The notes: generated from the sequence alone by a model not told the origin. Positions 9,505 through 23,920 are shown, counted from the stretch's first letter. The stretch is DNA of 64,000 nt from an uncultured Candidatus Saccharibacteria bacterium (GCA_964654205.1 CAZZHR010000002.1:1800-65799), one strand, 5' to 3'. A program made the numbers and translations.

Positions 9505-9681
9505 ATGGCAAGCCAACGCGTCTACGACGGGCTCGTGACCGGCTACTACGGCACCACGACCGCAAAGTACGTGTACGAGTGGCAAAGGCAGAACAACATC
9601 GAGGATGTGACGCCCGATACGGGGGTAGGCAAAATCACCCGCGAGAAGATACGCAGCGCAACCTGTGCGGTAGTGGAATAA
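9505..9681 (+). pseudogene. Orphan 3' fragment of a PG-binding-domain gene, paralogous to the end of 7993-8487
   Basis: 58-codon ORF MASQRVYDGLVTGYYGTTTAKYVYEWQRQNNIEDV...; about 75% nt identity to 8315-8487, with a 47-nt identical head. No N-terminal domain or signal peptide. Confidence 0.6.
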
Positions 9682-9755
9682 CCGCTTGACCCTATCCATA
9701 GCTCGGGTAGGCTGCTCCACTAGGAGCGGCTCAATCGCTCAATAGGGGGTAGCAC

Positions 9756-10391
9756 ATGCGATTCTTGCAGCAGTACTTCTTCCCGCAAATCCCGAACGGA
9801 CTCACATGTACTCGAATCGTCGTGGCGGTGATTATCGGATACTTCGCCGCACTCGAGTACGTGCACTTCGGGCCGCAAGCCGCTTCGGACATTTTCCATT
9901 GGAACCGAGTTGCGGCTCTCGTCCTGTATATGGTGTTCGCCTGCCTCACCGACGCGCTCGACGGCACTATCGCACGCAGGTATGGCTGGGTCTCCTCGAC
10001 CGGAGAATGGCTCGACCCGCTTGCCGACAAGGCTATCGCCATAGCGGTGCTCGGGTACGCATGGGTCATGTTCCATAGCTCAATGCAAGCGGTCGTGTAC
10101 TACGCAGTGTTCGTGCCGACCGTCATCTTCGTCGCTGCCTACAGCTGTGTTACGACTCTCCTGCGCATCTACGGAAAAGTGGGCGCTGCGAGCAAGACGG
10201 CACAGCGCAAGACCCTCGTACAGATGGTAGCGATGGGATTCTTCATCGTTGCGGGCGCACTCGAGCACGTAGCCCCAACGACATCGTCCATCTTGCTGTA
10301 CATCGGCATCCCGATTCTGGTCTACTCGGCCTGGCTCTGCGTACCATCGCTCGTTGGCTACCTGCGGCCAGCGTTTTGGCCCGCCAAGTGA
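9756..10391 (+). CDS. CDP-alcohol phosphatidyltransferase (PgsA-like)
   Basis: DALDGTIARRYGWVSSTGEWLDPLADK matches the family motif Dx2DGx2ARx8Gx3Dx3D; polytopic membrane protein. Confidence 0.7.
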   Translation: MRFLQQYFFPQIPNGLTCTRIVVAVIIGYFAALEYVHFGPQAASDIFHWNRVAALVLYMVFACLTDALDGTIARRYGWVSSTGEWLDPLADKAIAIAVLGYAWVMFHSSMQAVVYYAVFVPTVIFVAAYSCVTTLLRIYGKVGAASKTAQRKTLVQMVAMGFFIVAGALEHVAPTTSSILLYIGIPILVYSAWLCVPSLVGYLRPAFWPAK

Positions 10392-10413
10392 GCCGTCCGT
10401 TCTATCGAAATCG

Positions 10414-10440
10414 AAACGCGGCCTCACGGCCGCGTTTTTC
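10414..10440. terminator. Bidirectional intrinsic terminator between the pgsA-like and nuclease genes
   Basis: aaACGCGGCCtcacGGCCGCGTttttc. Confidence 0.65.
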
Positions 10441-11372
10441 TATTCCAGGAGCCCCAGGCGGTATATGTCGAAACTGTTCTCTCCCTCGAACATGTCCGAG
10501 GGATTTGGGAGGAATTTGCGCGGACGCATTATCTCTTCCGTCGCGTCGTTCAGGAGCCTGTGAAAGACCTCGAATTCGTGAGCGCATTTTTGGAAATCGA
10601 TGACGTAGCGCCGCAGCTGAGGCGAGCCATCGATGTTGCGGCTCTTTTTGCACTCGTACACCAGAAAGCGCCGCACTGGTTTTTTATACGAGTGGAGTAC
10701 GGTGTAGTAGTTGAAGAGGGCCTGCATCACGAAAAGCGTCTTTTGGTTCTTCTGCTTGCTAAAAGTATCGACGAACTTGTGGTCAACGATATCGAGCGCG
10801 TCCTTGTCGACTTTGGAGACGACGACGAGGTCGGATATCGCCTTGATGGGAAGGGGGAGTCCCTCGACCTCGGCGGTAGCCACGACTTCGACACCAAGCA
10901 CTTTGTGTTTCGGCGCCTTGTCCAGATAGAAGCTCACTGCCTGCAGGTAATCCCGCTCCATGAGCTCCCGCTTGCGCTTCTTATCGGTGCGAGAGCGCGC
11001 CTTGCCGAAATGTATCTCGAAATCCGGCACATCGCGCAGGTACGCGAGCCCAATATCGATGGCGGCTTCCCTACCGAGATCACCGTAGAAGTGCTGGAGC
11101 GCGACATGCCCCGCGCGGCCGATGACGGATGATGGGTTGGATGGCGTATCGCGGACATTCTCGACGTAGCGTTTGTACCAGGCGAGTTGGTTACGCAGGA
11201 ACGCCATGAGACTCGAGTGGCTCCAATGTGATATCGGCGGCTTCGGCTCCCTTCTCTTTGACCGTCTCACGGGACTCGCCCCATGAGAGACAGCGGCCAG
11301 ATCTCGGGCATCAGAGCGAACGTTGTTGTTCGACTTAAAAACGTGATTTCGACCTCGCCTTGCCTCTCTCAC
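10440..11372 (-). CDS. PD-(D/E)XK nuclease superfamily protein (RecB/Cas4-like nuclease domain); start uncertain
   Basis: N-terminal SHWSHSSLMAFLRNQLAWYKRY resembles the RecB-family nuclease N-terminal motif; D..D/ExK-like AISDLVVVSK...DIVDHKF. The ORF track uses a GTG start at 11372. Confidence 0.5.
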   Translation of the reverse strand: MREARRGRNHVFKSNNNVRSDARDLAAVSHGASPVRRSKRREPKPPISHWSHSSLMAFLRNQLAWYKRYVENVRDTPSNPSSVIGRAGHVALQHFYGDLGREAAIDIGLAYLRDVPDFEIHFGKARSRTDKKRKRELMERDYLQAVSFYLDKAPKHKVLGVEVVATAEVEGLPLPIKAISDLVVVSKVDKDALDIVDHKFVDTFSKQKNQKTLFVMQALFNYYTVLHSYKKPVRRFLVYECKKSRNIDGSPQLRRYVIDFQKCAHEFEVFHRLLNDATEEIMRPRKFLPNPSDMFEGENSFDIYRLGLLE

Positions 11373-11448
11373 GGGGCGAGTATACCCCGATTTGACGCTC
11401 GGCGCCTTCGGGATATAGCATGGAAATAGAATCCAACGGAGTCATACG

Positions 11449-11790
11449 ATGCGTGCATCAAAGGAGGGCGCACTGCGCGCGCTCTCAAAGCGCGTGTGGC
11501 AGGAATCCAAGAGAGTCCGCGCATCATGTAGCAGCTCCAGCGAACTCACCGCAGAGATTCGACATCGTGTTGCCAAACTCAAGGAAGAGACGCGGGAGTT
11601 CGGGATCGCGGCCATGCGCGAGTCCGACAGCAACGTAGCGGCGGAAAGCGCCGATGTGGTGTACCAGCTCTTTATCGTGCTCGCGCTCAGGAGCGTAAGC
11701 TATCGAGCGTTTCGTGCGGCGCTTATCAGTCAACTCGATCAGAAACGCCCCCACCGCCAAAACACGCGGAAGCGCAAACAGGCACCCTGA
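11449..11790 (+). CDS. MazG/HisE-like nucleoside-triphosphate pyrophosphohydrolase (PRA-PH fold)
   Basis: EFGIAAMRESDSNVAAESADVVYQLFIVLALRSVSYRAFRAALISQLD matches the HisE/MazG EExxDxxYhLLVLL helix pair; promoter-like TTGACG-16-TATAGC and RBS GGAG upstream. Confidence 0.5.
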   Translation: MRASKEGALRALSKRVWQESKRVRASCSSSSELTAEIRHRVAKLKEETREFGIAAMRESDSNVAAESADVVYQLFIVLALRSVSYRAFRAALISQLDQKRPHRQNTRKRKQAP

Positions 11791-11823
11791 CGCCGGGCGG
11801 CAACGCCCGGCTGAATCTTTTGT
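11791..11823 (+). terminator. Intrinsic terminator after the MazG-like gene
   Basis: GCCGGGCggcaacGCCCGGC followed by tgaatcttttt. Confidence 0.65.
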
Positions 11824-11939
11824 ACCCGACACTCATGGCTAGGACTCCCCTAGCCATGCACTAAGCAAGTCGGCTGGCTAGGACTCCCCTAGAGAGGAGA
11901 GCCTGCCTTCGACAAATATCAAATGGCAAACCTGTGATA

Positions 11940-11968
11940 TTGACGTCTCTGCGCGTACGTGATATGAT
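11940..11968 (+). promoter_or_regulatory. Near-consensus sigma-70 promoter: TTGACG, 17-nt spacer, TATGAT
   Basis: AT-rich island in a GC-rich genome; followed by RBS aaggaaaggaggg and an ATG at 12001. Confidence 0.6.
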
Positions 11969-12000
11969 ACAAATTTGTACATTAAGGAAAGGAGGGCTCA

Positions 12001-12270
12001 ATGCGCTTTTTCGTTGCAGTGCATCTCAGCACGGACGGCAAATCACCCGATAGCGATGATACCTGTTGCCACAAGAACGTGAACTGGTCGATCGTGCCAG
12101 CCATCGGAGACCAGGTCCAATTCGCCGATGATGATTTCATGCCAGTCGTGGCGAGATACCATAAGCGTATCAAAGGACGGCCAGCGATCATGATAGACGT
12201 GCTGGCAGATCCATGTGCGTTCGAACGCGTCTCGAAGAAGAGAGGTTGGAAGCAGGGACCTGCGTTCTAA
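12001..12270 (+). CDS. Small Cys-containing hypothetical protein (89 aa) with its own strong promoter and terminator
   Basis: Canonical promoter, strong RBS and an intrinsic terminator flank the ORF. No recognisable domain (MRFFVAVHLSTDGKSPDSDDTCCHKNVNW...). Confidence 0.5.
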   Translation: MRFFVAVHLSTDGKSPDSDDTCCHKNVNWSIVPAIGDQVQFADDDFMPVVARYHKRIKGRPAIMIDVLADPCAFERVSKKRGWKQGPAF

Positions 12271-12289
12271 TTTTCAAGATCCTCTACTG

Positions 12290-12326
12290 AAAAGGCCGGG
12301 CATGTCGCCCGGCCTTTTGATTTTTA
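12290..12326. terminator. Bidirectional intrinsic terminator between 12001-12270 and rpoD
   Basis: aaaaGGCCGGGCatgtcGCCCGGCCttttgattttt. Confidence 0.8.
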
Positions 12327-12328
12327 TA

Positions 12329-13624
<1,296 letters not shown>

Positions 13625-13798
13625 GATGATGTTTTGAACTCTCCGTCAACGCCTCGACTAGACTCTGCTTTTTATGATGTGCTTTGTATGAAAACGAAAG
13701 TATGCGTACAAGGCAAAAAACAGCCCCGTCATGCGGAAGCTGACTTTTCCAGAGTCCGCGCCCTATGTACTCACCTCTCGCGCGAACGTCTGCAGAGT

Positions 13799-15520
13799 CT
13801 ACACCCCAGCGTGCAACTTGGCAATCTCCCCTGTTAATAACTTGCACTCGCCCATGAGCCGTTCCATCTCCGCCTCGTTGCCTTCACCCTCGGCGGTCTT
13901 GAGCGCCGCTGCGGCTACGGCGAGACGGGCGGTGAGATGCTCGCGCCGGAGAACCGAAAGCAGCGCCTCCGCTTCCCGCTCGACCCCTGTCCCTTTGCTA
14001 TGCAAACGTTCTGCGGAAAAGCGCATCGACTCGCGCTCAGTCTCCGGCAATGAGACGAGTATGTCCATCGATTCTTTCCCAATGATATCGAAGAGTTTCT
14101 TTTCATACGCACCGATATCAAGCGCAGGCTTCGGGAGTGACTGCTGCCACAGGAGGAGCGAGAACGCCTGTCGCACGCGGTCGGCTTTGCCTCCTTCGTC
14201 TTGCTTTGGCTGTTCCGGAGATGTCCGCGACGTGTGCTCTCCCTGCACTTTTGGGGTCTTCTCGAACGCCTCACGCACCGCACTTTCGGATACGCCAAGC
14301 CTACGAGCGATGTCCTTGAGGTACTGTTCGCGCTCAATCGGGCTCTGCACGTCGGAAAGGTACGGAAGCACTATCGTCTCGACCGCGCGGCGGAATTTGT
14401 CGCTCTGGGGCAGATGCTCCGCGAGCACGTCGAGAAGGAACGTGATGATGTCTTTGCTCTCGCGAATTGCTGCTCTCCATGCACCCGCACCCTGTTTGAG
14501 AATGAGGTCTGCCGGGTCGAGCCCGCTCGGGAGCTGTGCGACCTTCACATTGAGCCCCCCTTGGAGAGCCGCCCTCGCTGCCTTTCCTGCCGCTTTGATG
14601 CCTGCCTGGTCGGCATCGAGCGCGAGGACGAGGTTGTCGCTCATGCGCTTGAGGAGGCTCGCGTGCTCCTGAGTGAAAGCGGTGCCCGATACAGCTACCG
14701 TATTAGGCCAGCCCGCCTGGTGGCTTGAAATAAGGTCCATTTGGCCTTCTACAAGAATGGAGAAATTGTGCTTGCGGATGGCTACTTTCGCCCTATCGAA
14801 GCCGTAGAGGATGCGGGACTTGTGGAAGAGTGGCGTCTCGGGGCTGTTGAGATACTTCGGTGCCTCGGGCGAGGCCTTTTCTCCAAAAATCCTGCCGGAG
14901 AAACCCACGACGCGCCCCGCGCTGTCGCTTATCGGGAACATGATGCGGTTGCGGAATTTATCGCGGAGCCCCTTATCGCCTTTTACCGCAAGCCCGGCAT
15001 CCACGATTTCCTTGTCGGAGAACTTCTTTGTGCGCAGGTAGTCGGATGCGGCTTCCCACGCATCTGATGCCCAGCCGAGTCGGAACTCGCGCGCCGTCTC
15101 CTCAGAAACGCCGCGCTCTTTCAAATACTTCTTCGCCTCCTCGGTCATCTGGTTCGTGTAAAAAATCGTCGCCGTCTCAAGGAGTTCGAAGAGACGCTCT
15201 CTCTCATCCCTATCCCCTTTCTTTTGATACACGATTTCCACGCCCGCCTTCTCGGCGAGTATCTTGAGCGCTCCCTTGAAGTCGAGCCCCTCTATCTCCT
15301 GTACAAATGTAAAGATGTCGCCGCCGACATTGCACCCGAAGCAGTGGTACGTGCCGCGCTCCGGCGACACGTGAAAAGAAGGCGTGCGCTCTGCATGGAA
15401 TGGGCAGCGGGCGCGCATACTCGCGCCCGCCCGCTCGAGCTTCACGTATTGCGAGACCACGTCCACGATGGAGAGCTTGTCTTTGATTTGTTGCACCGTA
15501 TCAGTGGCCATCGGGGTCAT
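13799..15520 (-). CDS. dnaG: DNA primase DnaG
   Basis: CHC2 zinc finger CPFHAERTPSFHVSPERGTYHCFGCNVGGD; TOPRIM region; start set at MTPMATD. The upstream 80 codons of the ORF-track call are Arg-rich and GC-driven. Confidence 0.85.
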   Translation of the reverse strand: MTPMATDTVQQIKDKLSIVDVVSQYVKLERAGASMRARCPFHAERTPSFHVSPERGTYHCFGCNVGGDIFTFVQEIEGLDFKGALKILAEKAGVEIVYQKKGDRDERERLFELLETATIFYTNQMTEEAKKYLKERGVSEETAREFRLGWASDAWEAASDYLRTKKFSDKEIVDAGLAVKGDKGLRDKFRNRIMFPISDSAGRVVGFSGRIFGEKASPEAPKYLNSPETPLFHKSRILYGFDRAKVAIRKHNFSILVEGQMDLISSHQAGWPNTVAVSGTAFTQEHASLLKRMSDNLVLALDADQAGIKAAGKAARAALQGGLNVKVAQLPSGLDPADLILKQGAGAWRAAIRESKDIITFLLDVLAEHLPQSDKFRRAVETIVLPYLSDVQSPIEREQYLKDIARRLGVSESAVREAFEKTPKVQGEHTSRTSPEQPKQDEGGKADRVRQAFSLLLWQQSLPKPALDIGAYEKKLFDIIGKESMDILVSLPETERESMRFSAERLHSKGTGVEREAEALLSVLRREHLTARLAVAAAALKTAEGEGNEAEMERLMGECKLLTGEIAKLHAGV

Positions 15521-15532
15521 TATGCACTTTCT

Positions 15533-15563
15533 ATAGAAAATCGCCCCGGCCGAGACCGGGGCG
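15533..15563 (-). terminator. Intrinsic terminator of the small membrane protein gene
   Basis: CGCCCCGGccgagaCCGGGGCG followed by a T-run on the minus strand. Confidence 0.6.
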
Positions 15564-15588
15564 ACGATTCGCGGAAGGCGGTACGCAG

Positions 15589-15741
15589 TCAGGTACGCTG
15601 CCCAGCCATCTGGTTCCACTTGACGCCAGCGACGACGCCAGGGCCGAGGGCGAGACCGAGCGGGCCCGCGATGCCGAAACCGACCGCGCTGAACCCCACC
15701 ATCGCGACTCCCGCATACGCGGCACGAATGAACTTCGACAT
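15589..15741 (-). CDS. Small membrane protein (50 aa)
   Basis: MSKFIRAAYAGVAMVGFSAVGFGIAGPLGLALGPGVVAGVKWNQMAGQRT; RBS agggagaaaatcATG; own terminator. The longer 195-aa ORF call is an Arg-rich artefact. Confidence 0.45.
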   Translation of the reverse strand: MSKFIRAAYAGVAMVGFSAVGFGIAGPLGLALGPGVVAGVKWNQMAGQRT

Positions 15742-15814
15742 GATTTTCTCCCTTGAGCATACGCCCGCGTGCTCCCGCGAGCCCTGGAACTCTGCCACAT
15801 TCATTTCAAAAGCG

Positions 15815-15840
15815 AAAGCCCGGCGATTGTGCCGGGCTTT
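15815..15840. terminator. Bidirectional intrinsic terminator
   Basis: aaaGCCCGGCgattgtGCCGGGCttt. Confidence 0.65.
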
Positions 15841-15857
15841 GAAGACAACCAGTGGTG

Positions 15858-16133
15858 CTACTCGACGCGGTCGGGGTACATTGGACGCGCCTCGGATAGC
15901 CATACGTGGTCGTTCACGTAAATCTCTGAAAATGACCTGCCGGGCATTTCCTTTTTCACCGCATCGAGGATTTGCTGCAGATTGGGCTGCACGAGCGTGC
16001 CGAACATGACGAGCTTGCCCGGTCCGGCAAAGTTGTTCATCGTGTGATACGCCATGATTTCCTCCTTCAAGCTCGTGTTTCGTTGCCGCGCGAGAGATGC
16101 CCGCACGGTCTCTTTTGTGAGAACCTTTTGCAT
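15858..16133 (-). CDS. Hypothetical protein (91 aa)
   Basis: Balanced composition, unlike the overlapping frames; GGGAG upstream of the start; function unknown. Confidence 0.4.
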   Translation of the reverse strand: MQKVLTKETVRASLARQRNTSLKEEIMAYHTMNNFAGPGKLVMFGTLVQPNLQQILDAVKKEMPGRSFSEIYVNDHVWLSEARPMYPDRVE

Positions 16134-16202
16134 TGGCCATGCTCCCGGTTTGTCTGCTCACGTCATACCACGACACGCCAAAGAATGCGACAGCGCGGAG
16201 CG

Positions 16203-16883
16203 CTACTTCCCCATGCGTCGCTCGCGCGCCGCATATTCTACGAGCACCGCGTCGAGCGCCTTCTCATCGAAATCAGGCCAGTGCATATCAACGAAAAAGA
16301 GCTCACTGTATACGCCTTTCCACGTGAGAAAACCGGAGAGCCTCTTTTCGCCGCTCGTGCGGATGATGATGTCGGGCTCGGGCATCTCCGCAGTCCAGAG
16401 GTAGCGCTCCAGATTCTCCTCGCTGATATCCTCCCCCGTTGTGAGGAGCGCTTGTGCGGCTTCGACTATCTCTGCGCGACCGCCGTATGAAAGACACGCC
16501 CAGAATGTAATCCGATTATTGGTTTCGGTATCTCTCTCGATTCGCGCCATGGCTTCCTGCAAGTCGGGCGCAAACCTATCCCGCTGACCCGCGAAACGAA
16601 TGCGCACTCCCTCTTTTCCGAGTTCTTCCAGCTCGCCCCGTATTCCTTCGCGAAAGAGCTCCATGAGATACGCGACCTCATCCTTGCTTCTGTTCCAATT
16701 CTCGGTGGAGAACATGTACGCGGCGAGGTGGGGTATGCCGCGGTCGCGGGCTGCGATTATCACGCGCTTGAGAGTCATGCGGAGTCCCACTCGGTGACCT
16801 TCGAGCGTTGGTAGCCCGCGCTCGCGCGCCCACCGCCTGTTGCCGTCGAGTATGATGCCGATACATTGCACGCTCATAGACAT
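16203..16883 (-). CDS. uppS: Isoprenyl transferase (undecaprenyl-diphosphate synthase)
   Basis: GIILDGNRRWARERGLP, HLAAYMFSTENWNRSKDEV, IIIRTSGEKRLSGFLTW. Confidence 0.9.
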   Translation of the reverse strand: MSMSVQCIGIILDGNRRWARERGLPTLEGHRVGLRMTLKRVIIAARDRGIPHLAAYMFSTENWNRSKDEVAYLMELFREGIRGELEELGKEGVRIRFAGQRDRFAPDLQEAMARIERDTETNNRITFWACLSYGGRAEIVEAAQALLTTGEDISEENLERYLWTAEMPEPDIIIRTSGEKRLSGFLTWKGVYSELFFVDMHWPDFDEKALDAVLVEYAARERRMGK

Positions 16884-16920
16884 CCATCAAGGCTACGCGT
16901 ACCGCCCGTGCGCGTCAATG

Positions 16921-16954
16921 TGAGTAGCGCGGAAAAGCACGCGGCCGCCCCGGT
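16921..16954 (-). terminator. Intrinsic terminator downstream of rpoC
   Basis: GCGGCCGCCCCggtGGGGCGGCCGC, an 11-bp stem, followed by a T-rich tract on the minus strand. Confidence 0.65.
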
Positions 16955-16989
16955 GGGGCGGCCGCGGTCGAATGCGGTGAGACGTATGC

Positions 16990-20694
<3,705 letters not shown>

Positions 20695-20714
20695 AGATTT
20701 TTTGAGTGGTGCTA

Positions 20715-23700
20715 CTACATTTGGCTGTCGCTTCCCGTAAACTCAATGTCGATACCTAAGCCCCGCAGATGTCGCACGAGCACGTTGAATGTTGCCGGCG
20801 TGTTCGTCTCTTCGATGCGCTTGCCGCTCACGATGGCGTCGAATGCGGCAGAGCGACCGAGAATGTCGTCAGACTTGATGGTGAGAATTTCTCGGAGCGA
20901 GTGGGCGGCACCGTAGCCGAGGAACGCCCAGACTTCCATCTCGCCGACGCGCTGGCCGCCGTTTTGCGCTTTGCCGCCGAGCGGCTGCTGCGTGGTGAGA
21001 GAGTACGGACCGATGGAGCGCATGTGTATCTTGTCTTCGACCATGTGGTGTAGCTTGAGCATGTACATGACGCCGACCATCACGTCTTGCGCGAAGGCCT
21101 CTCCCGTGCGTCCGTCGAAGAGCACACGCTTTCCGTTCTCCGGTACGCCTGCCGCTTTGAGCTCCTCGCGTATCTCCTCTTCTGTCGCGCCCGCAAAGCT
21201 CGGGACAATAGCCTGGTAGCCAAGCATCTCCGCCGCGAGGCCGAGGTGCGTCTCGAGAATTTGCCCGAGGTTCATGCGGCTTGGTACGCCGAGCGGCGTG
21301 AGGATGATGTCCACCGGATTTCCATCCGCGTCGAACGGCATGTCTTCTTCCGGCAGAATGCGTGAAATGACGCCCTTGTTGCCGTGGCGACCTGCGAGTT
21401 TGTCGCCCACCGAGATAGTGCGAAGCTGCGCGACTTCGATGTGTACACGCTTGATGACTCCGGACTCGAGCTGGTCGCCAGTTTCGCGCGAGAATACTTT
21501 CACGCCGATGACGCGACCACGCTTTCCTCCCTCCATGCGAAGACTCGTGTCTTTCACGTCCTTCGCCTTCTCACCGAAAATCGCATGCAGGAGTCGCTCC
21601 TCGGGCGTGAGTTGGGTCTCGCCCTTCGGTGTCACTTTGCCGACGAGGATGTCGCCGGGGCGCACTTCCGCGCCGATGCGGACAACGCCGTCTTCGTCGA
21701 GGTTGCGGAGTTTGAATTCAGAAACATTGGGAATGTCGTGCGTCGTGACTTCGGGACCAAGCTTCGTGTCGCGCACGACACAGACGAATTCTTCCTGGTG
21801 AATGGATGTAAAGCGCGCCTCTTTTGCGAGCCGCTCCGATATGACGATGGCGTCCTCGAAGTTGGCGCCGAACCACGGCAAGAATGCGACACGCACGTTC
21901 TGGCCGATGGCGAGCTGACCGCCTACCGAGGTCGACGTATCGGCGAGCACCGCGCCCTTTTTCACATTGTCGCCCACACTCACGATAGGACGCTGGTGGA
22001 ACGTCGTGAACCCGTTGGTGCGGGAGAAATTGACGAGCGGGTATTCGCGCGTCTTGCCCTCGCCCTTGACCTTGATCACCTGCGCGTCTGCATAGGTCAC
22101 TTCGCCCGCTTCTTCCGCGACGATGAGGCGGCCGGAGTCGCGCGCAGCCGCAGCCTCGACGCCGGTGCCAACGAACGGCGCCTCCGGGACGACAAGCGGG
22201 ACAGCCTGCTTCTGCATGTTCGAACCCATGAGTGCGCGGTTCGCGTCGTCGTTCTCGACGAAGGGAATCATCGCGGTCGCGACCGAGAAAGGCTGGTTGG
22301 TAGCAACTTCGATGAAGTCAACCTCGGCTCGCTCGACGAGCGTGGGCTTGCCATCCTTGCGAACCTCGACAAGCTTCGCGGTAATCTTGCCGTCGTCGTC
22401 GCGCGCTGTCGCGGCGTGTGCGATAGCGTACTGCTCTTCCTCGATAGCATTGAGGTACTTGACTTCTTTCGTTATCAGGCCTTTCTCAACGCGTGCGTAC
22501 GGAGTCTCGATGATGCCAAACTCGTTGGGGCGAGCGTAGAGCGACATGTGCAAGACGAGGCCGATGTTCTTGCCTTCCGGAGTATGGATGGGACAGACAC
22601 GGCCGTAGTGCGAAGAGTGCACGTCGCGCACTTCGAGACCGGCGCGCTCGGAGGTGAGGCCCCCGCGACCGAGCGTGGAAAGCGTGCGAAGGTGCTCTAT
22701 TTCATCGAGCGTGTTGTACTGCTGCATGAGCTGCGAGAGCTGGTCGGTCGTGAAGAACTCGCGGATAGCCGCCTGGAACGGGCGCGGATTTACGAAAGAC
22801 ACTGGCGTGACCGTCTCGGGATCAACCATCGCCATGCGGTCCTGGACGTTGCGCTTCATGCGAGAGAGACCGACGCGCATGCGCTGCTCAAGAAGCTCCC
22901 CAGCGAAGCGCACGCGGCGGAAGCCGAGATGGTCGATGTCGTCGGCCTCTGCGTGCGGGTTCTGGTTGCTCTCGGCGATGTGCGTAACGATACGGATGAC
23001 ATCTTCGAGTGTAAGAGTCGAATTGGAGAGGTCGGCATCTTTCATGCCGAGACCGAAGCGGCGGTTGAAGTGGAAACGGCCGACCTTCGAGAAGTCGTAG
23101 CGTTCGGAAGAGAGAATGCTTTCGACGTGCTCGCGCGCGGTCTCCGCGGTCGCGATGTCGCCATCACGCAATCTTCGATAAATCTCTACGAAGGCCTCTT
23201 CCTGAGTCTTCGCATGGTCGTGGCCGAGAGATGCCGCTATCGCATCGCGCGCAGCTACCGAACCCTCGAATGTACTCAGCATCTGCTTGTCTTCAACGAG
23301 GCCGAGAACACGAAGGAGGCTTGTGACCGGGAAGCGGCGCTTGCGGTCTATCTTTACGTACATGCCGCCGTCCGGGTCGGATTCAATCTCTATCCAAACT
23401 CCTCGCGCCGGGATGATTTTCGCGGCGAAGTAGTTCTTGCCCTTGTAGGGGACACTCTCAAAAAAGACTCCATAGCTGCGCGCGAGCTGCGGCACTACAA
23501 TGCGCTCGACGCCGTTGATGATGAACGTGCCGTGCGCTGTCATCCACGGGAAATCCGCGAGGAAAATCTCTTGCTCCTTCTTGTCCCCCGTCGTCTTGTT
23601 CTTGAGCTCGACGACCATGCTAAGCGGCGCCTCGTACGTCTTCATCGCACGCTTCGCGTACTGCTCGTCCCAGCGCAAATCGCCAAACGTGAACTTCTTG

Positions 23701-23894
23701 AGCGTCAGCTCAAACTTCTTGCCCGAGTGGTCGGAAATCGGGGAAAACTCTTTGAAGACACGCTCAGCACCGCCTTCGACGAAGTCGGTGAACGACTTGA
23801 TCTGCGACTCGACGAGCGACGGGAGCTTGACCAGCGGCTCGCGGAACTTGCCGAAATACTTCTGCGGACGGGGCTTCAGAGACGATTTAGCCAT
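20715..23894 (-). CDS. rpoB: DNA-directed RNA polymerase subunit beta (1059 aa)
   Basis: Conserved beta-subunit blocks throughout, e.g. GRHGNKGVISRILP and ...LGGKAQNGGQRVGEMEVWA... Confidence 0.95.
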   Translation of the reverse strand: MAKSSLKPRPQKYFGKFREPLVKLPSLVESQIKSFTDFVEGGAERVFKEFSPISDHSGKKFELTLKKFTFGDLRWDEQYAKRAMKTYEAPLSMVVELKNKTTGDKKEQEIFLADFPWMTAHGTFIINGVERIVVPQLARSYGVFFESVPYKGKNYFAAKIIPARGVWIEIESDPDGGMYVKIDRKRRFPVTSLLRVLGLVEDKQMLSTFEGSVAARDAIAASLGHDHAKTQEEAFVEIYRRLRDGDIATAETAREHVESILSSERYDFSKVGRFHFNRRFGLGMKDADLSNSTLTLEDVIRIVTHIAESNQNPHAEADDIDHLGFRRVRFAGELLEQRMRVGLSRMKRNVQDRMAMVDPETVTPVSFVNPRPFQAAIREFFTTDQLSQLMQQYNTLDEIEHLRTLSTLGRGGLTSERAGLEVRDVHSSHYGRVCPIHTPEGKNIGLVLHMSLYARPNEFGIIETPYARVEKGLITKEVKYLNAIEEEQYAIAHAATARDDDGKITAKLVEVRKDGKPTLVERAEVDFIEVATNQPFSVATAMIPFVENDDANRALMGSNMQKQAVPLVVPEAPFVGTGVEAAAARDSGRLIVAEEAGEVTYADAQVIKVKGEGKTREYPLVNFSRTNGFTTFHQRPIVSVGDNVKKGAVLADTSTSVGGQLAIGQNVRVAFLPWFGANFEDAIVISERLAKEARFTSIHQEEFVCVVRDTKLGPEVTTHDIPNVSEFKLRNLDEDGVVRIGAEVRPGDILVGKVTPKGETQLTPEERLLHAIFGEKAKDVKDTSLRMEGGKRGRVIGVKVFSRETGDQLESGVIKRVHIEVAQLRTISVGDKLAGRHGNKGVISRILPEEDMPFDADGNPVDIILTPLGVPSRMNLGQILETHLGLAAEMLGYQAIVPSFAGATEEEIREELKAAGVPENGKRVLFDGRTGEAFAQDVMVGVMYMLKLHHMVEDKIHMRSIGPYSLTTQQPLGGKAQNGGQRVGEMEVWAFLGYGAAHSLREILTIKSDDILGRSAAFDAIVSGKRIEETNTPATFNVLVRHLRGLGIDIEFTGSDSQM

Positions 23895-23920
23895 GTGTTT
23901 TTTGACCTTGGGAGATACAC

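Noticed and set aside
8315-9681. Diversity-generating retroelement (template/variable repeat pair) as the explanation for the duplicated PG-binding gene end
   Set aside because: No reverse transcriptase is nearby, the mismatches are not adenine-specific, and the first 47 nt are identical; this fits an att-core duplication better.
15521-15760. 80-codon N-terminal extension of dnaG from the ORF track
   Set aside because: It is Arg/Trp-rich and GC-driven, overlaps the upstream terminator and small gene, and the primase zinc finger begins right after MTPMATD.
15589-16176. 195-aa minus-strand ORF
   Set aside because: Only the C-terminal 50 aa (a small membrane protein with its own RBS) look protein-like; the rest is Arg-rich and overlaps the better 91-aa ORF in another frame.
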